DNA of 64,000 nt from Raillietiella orientalis (taxonomy: Eukaryota). The stretch covers positions 2,418,001 through 2,482,000 of the forward strand of contig JAYWIR010000031.1 of assembly GCA_036172245.1 (NCBI GenBank). The letters run 5' to 3'. The translations under genes were made by a program, and so were the position numbers. Shown one piece after another: positions 26,742 through 38,200 of the stretch (position 1 is its first letter; each line of letters begins with the position of its first letter). The notes beneath the pieces are model-generated. The model did no database searches. It was not told the DNA's origin and saw only the letters and a program-made list of their open reading frames with translations.

Positions 26742-29499
26742 CATTCCTAAACGAGGCATGGAAGTAACTGTTTTTCGTGGTTTTAGCGAATCTTCCCGAG
26801 ATGCAAAAGCAGCATCCTGTAATTAGGATTGAAATTCATATTTTGGCTCAGGCAGCTTGTGCTCTACTCACTACTGAAGTTCAGCTTATTAGGCTTCAAG
26901 GAAGGAAACTACCCACCTGGCAGGTTCAGGGCAACACCGAAGATGAGAAAACCGACGCAAGAAATGCTGTAGACAGGTACAAACATTGAGGAGAATGAAG
27001 TGCATGCGCTTATCTCGTTCCAGCAGCTATCGCCTAGGCAACGGCAACAAACGCTTTCTCATTGTTCCTCCCGCACTTCGATGAAATAGAGATTCTCTCA
27101 CACGTATGTCACAGGAAGCTGGAATGTGCTCCTGCTGAATAGAGGTCTTCCTTTGGCGTAGTATTCGCCTAATGATTCCATTCACACCACTGCGTGTACA
27201 TGAATGCCGAGATTTCCGGGACACAGCCTGCCTTTCGGAATCCACAGCTGTGTTCTTGTGGATATCACTGCCTGCCGCAGACTTTCGTCTGCTATCTATG
27301 CGGGCAACTGCATTACTAAGCTGCTGTTTGTAGTGAGTCTTGGAGTTAAAACATTTTTGAAGTGTCCTTTCTGTGCAAAACTTTAAGGAAAAGCACTTTG
27401 AAGAGCAGTAAGAAGCCACGCTGCTGATTATATGGACGGTACCTTGAGAAGAAATCGTTGCTCATATGAATATCTTAGAAAACTGGGTACGAATGTCATC
27501 AGCTCGTCGCACTTTCCTTGACGCCGTTTCCATCTGATGTTTTTCGAGTCCCGTCGTTCGCCGACATTGGGTTCAATTCTGGAAATCTCCACTAACAGGA
27601 TGGCATGGTCTTCGACGAATCCTCAACAGCGGAAATTACAATTCTCTTGTACGCGGATAGAAGTATCTGTTCGTTTTCTGTCCTCTACAGTACACTCTTT
27701 CTGAGAGAATCTCTGCTTCTGGCTTTATATCATCCTGAATATAAGCATAAAAAAACGTAGGAGCACTTTGCTGATAGATTGCAACGTGCAAGAGCTTCAG
27801 CGAATTCATGCTATCATGCGCGATGTTCTGGAATGATGGTGTGCTCTCTGTTGCCTTGCAGAGCTCTGTTTCAAACCGTGCAATCTGTTAAAGAGAAACC
27901 TAGAAATTTCTGCAAAGTTCAGGCAACGACCGTGAAGAATTAGAGGTTCAGTACACTTTCAAAGATGCAACCGCCTGCATTCAGGATAACTCCTTCCAAT
28001 GAAGCAAACGTCCAGACTACATTTGCAAACTCCTCAGATGTAGAACGGGACCCAATAAGCTATCGATGTTTGACAAGTTCTCACCCATCTTCCAACCAAA
28101 CCAACAACCCAGATCTGAGTAGCCAGCAATAACACGCAAACAATAACCATGCTAGCTCCCTCGTTTAACCCCCCTATCATGACATTTCTTTTATACCATA
28201 TTACATCATAGTACCAAATAGATATTTATCAACTCATAACCCTCCACACCTTAATGCTAACAAAATAGAGCACTATTCCGTAGATGTTGTTATCGATTAC
28301 ATTCAGTAATTGCATTTTTCCAGCAATCAACCATACAACTGCAAACACTATTCAGCAGCCGACATGTTTCACCATCCCGCAGTTACAAATAAGAAATAAA
28401 GAAAAACAACTAATCTTCCTTATTTCATTCATAGATAACTTTAAGTATGCCTTAATCGGAAGATCAGCAACCAATGGATCAGAAAAGTACTTTCCACATA
28501 CAGCATCAACCCAGTGAGTCATGAAGATTCATTTTGGGAATATGAATTCTGAATCGATTCTACAGTGAAGAAAGTGCAAACTCAAGTCGCTATTCCATTC
28601 AACTTTCCACTTATTTGTCAATGTTATTCCCTATCATCATCAAATTATTTCATTACAAACATTCATTACTCATAATACAATAAGCAACCCACATGAAGGA
28701 CATCTGCTCCGACTATTCTAACTTCTGTGCGTAAATTCAGCTTTCGGTACATCGAGGATGCCAATACTTATCTGATGTGACACCATAGGAACGGGGAATC
28801 AGTAGTGAAGGGATGCATTAATACATCTCTTCTCCTCGAAGTAATTCGCAATCACTCTTATCTCATGGAGAAGTTAAAGGGCTGCTGCATCCTTACCTAT
28901 CATTTATCATTCCATCGTTTAATGTCGGAAGTTTTTAGTTGCCTCGTGGTCACAACGTTAAAATACTCTTCTTGGGAACATCGAAAATAAGTAGTGTTGC
29001 TTTGAGAATTTCATTTGAAAACAGAAATCCTACTTCTGGTTGCTGCTAACATGTTCTAGTCTTGTTCCTCAAATCCTTGTTCTCCATGTTACGCAATAAG
29101 TCAACCAATTCCACTTTAAAAACAATAGCTGAAACCTTTATGACATCCACTAGTAACATTTAGAATTATCGGTTAATCCACATGCGGCTACAAAATGACG
29201 TGAACTCAACATCCTAAACAGAGGCAACCCTTGGAAGTTAGGACGAAAGTCCCAGGAGCCGAAGAGACCAATTTCACCACGCTACGAGGCGAATGGGCCG
29301 GCAATTGAGAAAAAGAGGACAGCGTGCAAACCAAGGACGCGAATCCACCACGCTTCGACGCCGCACCGCAGGTAACCCCCAGGCAGGAATGTAAGCAGGT
29401 GAGTGACTCCCCACTCCCTGCATGCGGCCATGTTGATCAGTCGATCCCGTGGAAAAGCGAGAACAGCTACACGAAACAGATCCCCATATTTATTCTTTA

Positions 29500-30440
29500 A
29501 GCTCCGACAGATCAGGGGGCGGAAGTGGCCGTGACACTCTTCCAGGAATAATACCTGGATTCTCTAGTTGATGACAGATCCGCGTGGACTGTTGGAACAT
29601 CAGCGGGCTGTGCAACGAAATCAGCAGACGAGTCACGGCCTCCACCCTGCGTGAATTCGACATTGCTCTTCTGCAGAGGATCCACGTGATCACCGCGAAA
29701 AACGTTCCGGAGATCGAGAGGATCGCAGGAGAGCGACTGATGTGGCATTACGCGACCACAACACTATTGCGGTCGAGTTTTTGGTCAAGCCAGCCGTCCA
29801 CGCTGCCGTGAAGGGTTTGTGCTTCGACATTGGCGGTCAGGACTCCCAGCTGATACCCACCGGACCAACACCATCAACCTCGTCGTTACCAACGTGTACT
29901 CTACCATCGAAAACAAAAGTTACGCGCAACGAACTCAGTACTTCTAATACCTGAAGCATGGTTGGCTGACGGATGCAGGAATGCCCAGGACTCACCTGAT
30001 AGCTGGGGACTTTCACCTTCACGTGTTGAAAGTTGCGTCCTTCACGCAGAATAATGATCCCATCAAGTTCTGTTCCCCTATGTGCGCCATAGACAACTTG
30101 ATATAGGGAGACCAGAAAATCCAGGACAGAATCAACCACGACTACCTCGTCCAGCACACGTGCGAACGTGAAGGGAAACGAGGAATACTTTCGTCGACGC
30201 TCTCCGACTATTAACGGCTCGAATGCAGCGGCTGCTCACACGAAAAGGGACCCCTGTCCAGGACGTGTCGCCTACGGGGAACTGCAACAAATCACCAGAT
30301 ACGGCGGAACATCTTCACCAATTCCTGAGAGGCGTAACTCTCCAGCGTCAATTGAAACCCGGTTGCCCTGGGACGTTCTTTCTTGCCAACAAACATTTTT
30401 TAATCCGGTGACTGAACCATTGGATCAGCCTCACATTAGA
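29500..30440 (+). pseudogene. Degenerate ORF1/ORF2 junction and endonuclease domain
   Basis: TTCCAGGAATAA, CWNISGL, LLQRIH, LVVTNVY, AGDF. Confidence 0.8.
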
Positions 30441-30464
30441 CACTGTCAGCCTGCAGGATACCTG

Positions 30465-31050
30465 CTGCGCAGTTGAATGCGGTTCACCTCGGCAGCATAG
30501 AAGAGCGGGCACAAAATGAAAAGAAAACAAAAAAAAACGAAACTAGGAAGGGAACGGGAAGGAATCACTGTCTGCTGGGAGTGTCCGTCATTCTCTAGAG
30601 GATGACAGCAAGCTGTTGCTGTATGTGATGTTCCAGATGGAACCATCGCGTTGCTGACCTGAGGAAGAGAGCGGCGTATTCGGCGACCTGTCGCTGGTTC
30701 CTGCTGTTGCTTTGCTTCATGCAGCGACGTTGCCTCGTGGGCACCACAGGACTGCAAGCGAGTCCGCTGGCGGCAAAGCAACACGTACAAAGAGGGGTCT
30801 TGAAGCGTCTCTGGGATTTCTCCGAGGGAATCTCAGGGCAGCAGCAAAGTGTTATTATAAGGGCCGGAGGGCAACACAATACACAAACAGGAGGGGGAGA
30901 TATTCTCTCTGCCCGCACTCATCACAATTCGGGTTGAAACCCCCCAGCGTACAATGGTATCGGCGGGCATTGTAAGGGAGACCCTGGAGCGACTGTTGCT
31001 ACTACGTGGAAAGGGCGCGTGAGTTCATAAGCACCAGGAACTACTTAAAA
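30465..31050 (-). pseudogene. Degenerate ORF2 C-terminus plus partial family-A-type 3'UTR
   Basis: VAEYAALFLRSATRWFHL followed by CAGTGATTCC, a T-rich tract and CTGCCGAGG. Confidence 0.7.
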
Positions 31051-31689
31051 TCTGCCTCCGGAACATTCAGTAGCTTCCACCGGCGCAACAGTCCATTTGG
31101 AGTGGCACTTCCGGTAGCAGAATAAGTGAGCTGGACCCTTCTCCATTACCCGATCCTTTTTTCCGTCTCAGATATCTTAATGGTAACATCCCATTCTGCC
31201 GTGATGTCGCTGCATACATAGTCCCGGATTGTAGGCAGAACAGCAGCAAAAAGAGTTCTCTCTGTTCATGCTCTTCTTCGGAATCTTTGACTATTTCCCG
31301 AAGCGTGCGGTGAGCGTGTGGCTCGAACATATCAATTCGCTCGTGTTGCGGACCTTGTTACTGAGTCGTCGCCAACGTGCAAACGGTTTTCTGCAGCCAG
31401 GCAATACCGTAAGCTACGATGTTGTATCTCCGTTGCAGGTTTTCCGCAGTCGTCGTCTGAAAACAACTGTTTAAAGCTGGTTTATGTAAATAAACCTCTC
31501 GGCGTGAACGGGTAAGAAACTTTAACGTACGCTTGAAACAGGATGGGCCGAATCGTGAACGCGATTTGGTCAACGAGGTGTGCACGGCGCTATATACATG
31601 TGATTTGTTAGCCAGTGAACCGGGAATGGAGGACCACGTGTTCCTAGAACAGCACCTGCGATCTTTAATAAGCAGGCGCGGCAATTTAC

Positions 31690-32912
31690 GGCCCCATCCT
31701 GCGCCCCCTACTTTTTGTTTGCCTCGTATCCGTCGTAGTAAAGAAGAGGACCATGAACCTCGTCCACATCGACCTTAGGAGCAAGAAGAGGCACCGATTG
31801 CCTCTAAAGGACTTGTGCGCTCCGCGTTGGGATGGCGGTCATAGTCTCCTGATGCGGGAGCGCCTGTAAATTCATCTGTGTTGGCGAACCTTGCCAACGC
31901 GACGAAGATGTGGAGCACCCCTTGATGCGTTCCACACCGCCTCCTCGCCAGACGTGTGTCCGGGACCGAAGGACTCGAGTTTAAATTTCTGTGCTCCGGC
32001 CGGAAAATGAGAAGATGCGGCCTTCTTCTCGGATGCATGGCCACCCTGGCAAAGGAGAATCGATGGATGACCTGCAGCCTTGCCAACTTCAGCGCATGGC
32101 TGGAAGACATCGTTGGCACGTGGGCAAGGTTAAACCAGCTTAGTGGAGAATCATAGAACCGTCTGCGTCCCAGCATCTATACCTGCTGCACAGTGCAGTA
32201 CATGATCGAATGTCCCGCTAGGAGCACGTGGGCGGAGACGACCCCACTGACCACGGCACTGCCGTTCCTCAGGAGGGCGCTCGGCAGCAGCCGGATACCG
32301 AGGTGGCAAGTCTTCTGGTGGATAGCGGGCAAGGAGAAGCTGTCAAGTGGTTCGGCCATGAGGGTACTGGATGACGCCGCGACCTTAAGCGTCTTTTCAC
32401 GAGGAACTCAAAGATAAGGCGAGCTGTTGGGCATGCCGCAGAATAAACTAAAGTGGGCCCCAATGTGCGACTCCTTTGTGAGAGACCCCTGGAACCGGCC
32501 TCAGCCCTGGCAGAGCTCTGCTGCATCTGAGGGATTGTGGCTGCGTGTAGCTCAGCTAGCAGAGGAAGTGGCGATAAGGACCCCATCGTACACGGGGTTC
32601 GCTACCTGCGAATCGCGATCGGCTGGTCCCATCTGGGGGCTATGCAAAGGAACTTTGAGTGCTTCCTGAAAAGGATGGGCTCCCTCCAGCGGACAGTGAT
32701 CCCTTCCTAGCCCTTCAAGTTGTGTCTTTTTTTTCTTTTTTTCTTGTTTTTTGTTTTCTTTATTTTTCTTTTTGTTCTTTCTCCTATCCTTCTGCGCTGC
32801 CGAGTAGAGGCAAGCCGGTCTTCTCACCGGCCTCCTGATTGGTTGCATGCACTATTGGCAGTAGTGGGTCCCAGTACCGCAGATATAATGTGTTTCGTAA
32901 CAACGCCCCGTC
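31690..32912 (+). mobile_element. Family-A ORF2 C-terminal part plus 3'UTR, degenerate
   Basis: Homologous to 7550-9028 (KMWSTP, CGLLLG, TWAETTPL); ends CAACGCCCCGTCGTGACCGGGT. Confidence 0.8.
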
Positions 32913-33920
32913 GTGACCGGGTATGGACTTCCCCGCATACAGTGGAAGAGCCGCGCGTTGCAGGGTAGACCCCAAAGCAATAACAAAAGCGCCTACTAAT
33001 GCCACTTCAGGGGAAGAATCCTGGATCCCTTGAGCACTAGGAGCCTTTTCAAGTCATTCGTCTTGCTTCCTAGCAGCTTGCCCCATATCGTTAGTCCCCG
33101 CGACAGCACGCTCGGGGTCGTAACGTGAGCCAGCTCTCCCGTGAAACCAGCCGTTCATCATCTTCTCTCTGCCTGCGATACTGCAGGAGACTTGAAAACT
33201 CGAGCCTTTTCCTCTTCATCTCTCTATTTTCCTGGGTTCCTTGAGGATGCAGGAGCTGTCAGGCGTCTTTCCTGGGAGGTGCCCTAGCATAGAGGAAGGA
33301 ATAAAATCTCGGCACGAGGTGCGTAGTCGCGGGCGGTGCAGGGCGTTCCCTCCTGAATTCGTCCAGCAAGATGGCCGACCCGGATTGGCTCTAGGTCCCG
33401 GCTAGATATTCGGCCAGCCGACAGACATTGGGGTTACTCTCGCAACGGAAGGCGTGTAAATACGAGAGCTCTTTGCGTCTGTCCTCTCCAAATAAGAAGG
33501 GCAGGCGTTGCAAGGGGAACTCTTCGCAGAACTCGCGGACCGATGCCTTCTTGTGGTCTCAGTCGTCGAGATTCCGGAAGTTGACGCCTCTTTGGGAATG
33601 GAGAAGGTGATTTTTTGCACCTGAGAGTCGCCTCTAGTCCCCTGGCAGACGTCATGCTCTGAATAAAGGACCCTTATCGCTCGGACAAACCTGGAAAATT
33701 ATCCTGGATTAAACCGACAGCTGCGTCATAAGCTTACCTATCTTGCGGATCCATGGGCACACGTCGTCATCGAGGAAAGCGCAATCGATGCTGAGGGCCA
33801 TTCCTACCACGTCCGCCAATATGCTGCGTGTGTACATGGCTGCGCACAACTCGTTGGCCGTGCGCTCCATTGCTTCGAGTTCAACACACAGCAGGCGGAG
33901 ATTAAAATTTATCCGCTGGT
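32913..33920 (-). pseudogene. Patchwork of minus-strand ORF2 remnants (C-terminal, linker and endonuclease pieces)
   Basis: WGLPCNAR at about 32950-32975, SVREFCEEFPLQRLP at about 33500-33545, and a DCAFLDD endonuclease remnant at about 33765-33790. Confidence 0.7.
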
Positions 33921-34259
33921 CAAGCCGAAACGTTTATTTTCATAAACCGGTCAGCAAAAAGGTTCACAACCAACAAAACCACAGAAAAAAAAGAGAAACT
34001 ACCTTCACTCAAGTCGGGTAAACAAACCGTTTGCAACATGGCAACATAATGGGATAAGAAAAAAACAAACATGGGACGAAAGGATAACGTGTCATTGGTT
34101 AGGCACCGTACTCGCACGGATTAAAACAATCAGCACCTGGAAAGTTCCAAAGTCTATTGGGATGTGAGTGTAAAATAAAGAGAAACAAATTCATGGAGGA
34201 TGGGACAACGATCACCAGATGGGGCGCAGCGGAACGTGTGTAGACCAGCGGTGGATGTC

Positions 34260-37200
34260 GGTGAGATCGCTTCTAGACTGCTGTCAGATGAGGCCATCTG
34301 GAGACCTCTTTCATGTAGGAGGATGCTTTGCAGGCTACCTCTTGGTGCTGCCCGTTGATTAGCAGCTCCTGACGGACTGAAACTATTGCGCGTATGCAAC
34401 CGATGGTTGCAATCCCTGCGCTTGTAGATATCCCGCTTGGCATGAAGAATCGTCTTAGCAAGTCTCTTGCGGTGTCCACGGAATGCGAGAATGCTGTTGC
34501 TAGCCTCCACCAGGGTCCTTGGAGGACGCTGCAGTCCAGAAGTAGGTGCGGGATCGACTCCGCCGTCCCGCACCGAACGCAGTCCGCAGACGCAATTTCC
34601 CCGGAGACACCTTGCCAACGCTCTTTGCACTGAAAACCCCAGTGAACAAAGAGCAGTATGGCTTTTTTCCAAGCAAGCGGAAGCAGCGAACTGTCAACAC
34701 ACTGTGGAGGTACTACTGTTTCTTCGGGGTTCACACCAAGTTCCGCACCCCACCGAAGGAGTCGCTTCGCAGTAGTACGAGGAGTGGCGGCATCCGCCAA
34801 CTCACTCGTCTTCCAGGCACCCAGGAGTTCCGTTCTTCCTGCTATCATGCGGGAAACCTTCCACCTCGCCGGTTGACAACTGTCGTTTCTTGCCTTGAGG
34901 GCAGAAAGCGCTGCGGCGAGAGGCGTGGCAGCCAGGGTGGAAAACTTAACCTCGTCCTACATTACCTCTTCCAAAGGTCGCCGAAGAAGATGGCGCAGGG
35001 GGCTAAGAACTTTAAAGCGCATTGTTTGGAAAGCCGCCCTGGATACAACAGACTCGTGCCGCCAAGCGTCGAAGTTCATTGTACGTCAAGGGATCCGCGA
35101 GGGGGCTTCCAGATGTGAGGCCAATTGCTGCAATTCATAGCCGAAACCTCTCTTTCTGTATTAAGTGACCGGCAAAGCAGAAGCAGTCCTCCACATCTCC
35201 GCAGGAGAATGCATGCAGGCACACAGAGGTTCTGTCAAAAGCTGAGCACACAGTGCCAGCAGTCGGAACCGCGCCTGCAGTTTGTTTCGCTTTATTGTCA
35301 GGATACCCAAACTAGCATCCCGACGAGGAGCCGCCAAGTCTTTCACGCGAATCCTCTTTCTAGCCGGTCTACAGAGAGCGTTCCTAAGCAGGCGTTTAGT
35401 CCGCTGTTTCGACGAGTAGGGGGGTTCCAAAGTGAAAAACAGAGGGCAGAGGAGGGGGACACAAAAGTGTTCCAGATAGCGCCCGTTCCTGCAAAGTAAA
35501 ATGGCCATCAATAAACGGGCTGGCGGCCAACTCTTCCTTCTCAAAGCAACTCCGCCCGCGTCGAAGGCTTTGTGGTTAAGGCTTCCGCGCGTGGCACCAT
35601 GAGTCGCGGGTTCGAATACTTCGGCAGATAAGTGACGCCACTGCGTCGTTTGTGTTCGAGTGTCTCCTGCAAGATGGCGATGGCTGGCCGAGACATTCGG
35701 GCATGGCCCCGGCGGTGGATAAAGCCGGAGACCTCCCGATGAAGGCTCGAACAATGTAAGTCGACCTTCGGGTCATCCCAGGAATAAAAGGAGTGGGAGT
35801 TCCATCTCCAGTCGTGCAACGGAGAGCGGGCCCCGTCACCGGGGGACCGCCTCCGGTTTCAATATGGAGCAGGAACCTTTACAGACACCTCCCCAGCTGT
35901 TCAATGGAACGGACCCCCTTGTTGGGGGGTCCCTCCTAGTCGTCGCCTCTCAAGAAGTGTTCAAGGAAGCAAGCGAGAGCGATCCTTCTGCGGGAAGCTT
36001 CACCCCCTCTTCTGAAATTCGGAAGCGTCCCTTCGGGGTTCTCTTCAGAGTAGTGAAAAAAAGCGGTTCCCTTGCGGGTTCCCTCCGGAGAAGAAATTCC
36101 TACAAACGGATCCTTTCCGGGTTCCCTTCGGAAAAGTTGAAATGGAGAGGACCACCCCCCATCAGGGGGTGCCCCTCCGCAGAGAATGAGGAAAAAGACT
36201 CCATTTGGGGTTCTCCTTTGGAGACAACCAGGGTGGGAGGTACGATCCCCCGACCGGGAGGATCGCTCCTCAAGCGGCAGAGGAATGGACTCCGAGTCCT
36301 TTCTGGATTCATAGGGAGACGGGGGCACTCCTCGTTGAGACGTTGGCGTTTCTCTTCGCTGACAACGGGAGCTTCCTGTGACAGGAGTATCTCCGAGAGA
36401 ATGTCCTCCGTCGGGATTTCCGCGTACAGAAAGGAGTAGTAGCGTTTCACAATGCGGCGTACTACGGCTGGGGTCGCGCATTGCTAGCGCTTGTCTTTCA
36501 GCAGGCATGCTGCTCCAGACTGCCAGACCTGGCGATCAGCCCTCGCCTTGTACTCTGCGAGACGCCTGACATCCACGCGTCTAGCAAACGTGCGGCCTGC
36601 AGAAAGTCTCTGCTGTTGGTCACGCCTTCCCGAAACCTCGTGGAAGCCAGTCCAAGGGGAATTCGCAGCAGAACTCGCAATCGGATCTTCTGAGATCGTC
36701 CCAGTCCTCGAGTTCTTCAATGGTAAAGCCTCGAAGTTGTTCACGGAAATGCTCCGTAGCCCCTGGATGGCTGAGCAAATCCGCCTGCATCCTCCAGTTT
36801 TTCAACGGAGGCTTCTTGCCCGGCGGAAGGAGCTCAACTCCAACCTGTGGTGGTCAGAAAGCCCAGTCAACAATCTTCCTCCCCTACCAACACGTGAATG
36901 CAGGTTTCCATCAAGGAAAACGTGATCCTGCGATCTTTCCATTCCAGGTTCGCTGTACATCAAGATGACCGCGTGCGCCGGCGCGCAAATCTTGTTGGGC
37001 AGCGTTTGCTCCCTCGGGAGGCTCCAATCCTCGGACAGCAGGCGGACGTTGAAGTACCCCGCGACGAGGTGCGCCACTTGGGGGCTAAATTTGTTGAGCC
37101 AATGGCTCTGCACCTCACTAAAGAAAGCTACTCTTTCTTCGAGGTAGCGAGAGCCACTCGGCGCGTAGACGTTCGTAACGACGAGATCGATGGACTCGGA

Positions 37201-37510
37201 CCACTTGATGACAAGCTGGCCTATCCGTCCGTCGTCATCGAAACGAACACTACGCACCGCTTCCGCCATTTTTCCTCTTACGAGGAACGCGACGCCGCAC
37301 GTGTGTGCGCCGCCGCACCGCCAATGTAGCGTTGCGCCTGCGCGCTCCTCGATTTCGGCTGCCTGCTCGTCGGAGATTACGTGAATCTCCTTCAGGAGCG
37401 CGAGGTCAAAGAGGCGCAGGGTTTTCGCTATCAATCGCCTCTTCTCACCGTTCTGCAGTCCGTTCACGTTCCAACACGCGACGGACAGACGACGAGAAAA
37501 AGCGAAAAGT
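34260..37510 (-). mobile_element. Family-B-like ORF2 (endonuclease, linker, C-terminal region) whose RT core is replaced by a SINE-like insert
   Basis: CWNVNGL, LKEIH, TNVYAP, GYFN, DHVFLD, SDH (36802-37510); RLNEE at about 36335; thumb region resumes at about 35560; CVRCGTAESIPHLLLDC. Confidence 0.88.
35565..36330 (+). mobile_element. tRNA-headed, hairpin-rich SINE-like repeat, copy 1 (3' truncated)
   Basis: GTGGTTA-AGGC-T-N5-GCGTGGC-N5-GAGTC-GCGGG-TTCGAAT has tRNA spacing with a B box at 35609-35617. The body is homologous to 46600-47101. Confidence 0.7.
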
Positions 37511-37894
37511 GGAGAAGTAGCTTGAGAAATCATTTTTTTGTGAAGATAAAGCCAATTTCAAAAGAATTCCCTACAGGGGCTGTCCGAGCGCACCCTCGTA
37601 CTAGTCTGATGATTGTAAAAGTTCCATCCTAGAAGCTGTTACCAAGAGATGACTTTGTCGATTGCAAACGGCTGATGGTGTTCGCGGTTTGATGTACATG
37701 TACACACCAACAAACGAAACCAGAAGTGCATCATCATCACTTGTGAACCACGGGTACATTTACTACATATTTACATGCATTTTGCTTATAGTAATACCAT
37801 AAAAAGGCATTTATGCATACACGTTCATACATTTATTTAGGATTATGAAAACGATTAACGGATACGTTTACCGTGCACGCACAAGAAATACGAA

Positions 37895-38200
37895 AACCTT
37901 AGATGTACACATCTACATCTGTATCTATATGTTTGTCCGTACCTCTTTGTATATCTACATGGGTATTTACATCTATATGTGTACGTATCTTTATGTCAAT
38001 GAGTATATTTATTTGTATGTCCATATGTAAATGCATTTCTATGTGTACATATATATACCTATCTATATCTACTTCTACGTCTACATCCATATGTATATAT
38101 CTACTTCTTTATTTGAATCCATCTATTGACATCTATATTCTGTAATCTACGTGTATGCGTCTGTCTGTATATCTGTAGACAGATAGATTGATGGATAGAT
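37895..38200. repeat. Degenerate TACATC/TATATC/ATAG simple repeat
   Basis: Runs such as tacacatctacatctgtatctatatg and gatagattgatggatagat. Confidence 0.85.

Noticed and set aside
35572..35625. Functional tRNA-His gene
   Set aside because: The anticodon and T stems do not pair and there is no acceptor stem or terminator. Treated as a SINE head.
35720..35765. Hammerhead-like CCGATGAAGG..CGAAC
   Set aside because: The CUGAUGA/GAAA core is imperfect, no stems are evident and the segment is absent from copy 2.
35864..36508. ORFs within the SINE-like repeat (also 46718-47244)
   Set aside because: The frames are not conserved between the two copies; the peptide similarity merely follows DNA similarity.
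37845..38145. ORFs rich in Y, I, V and D
   Set aside because: They are translations of a simple repeat.
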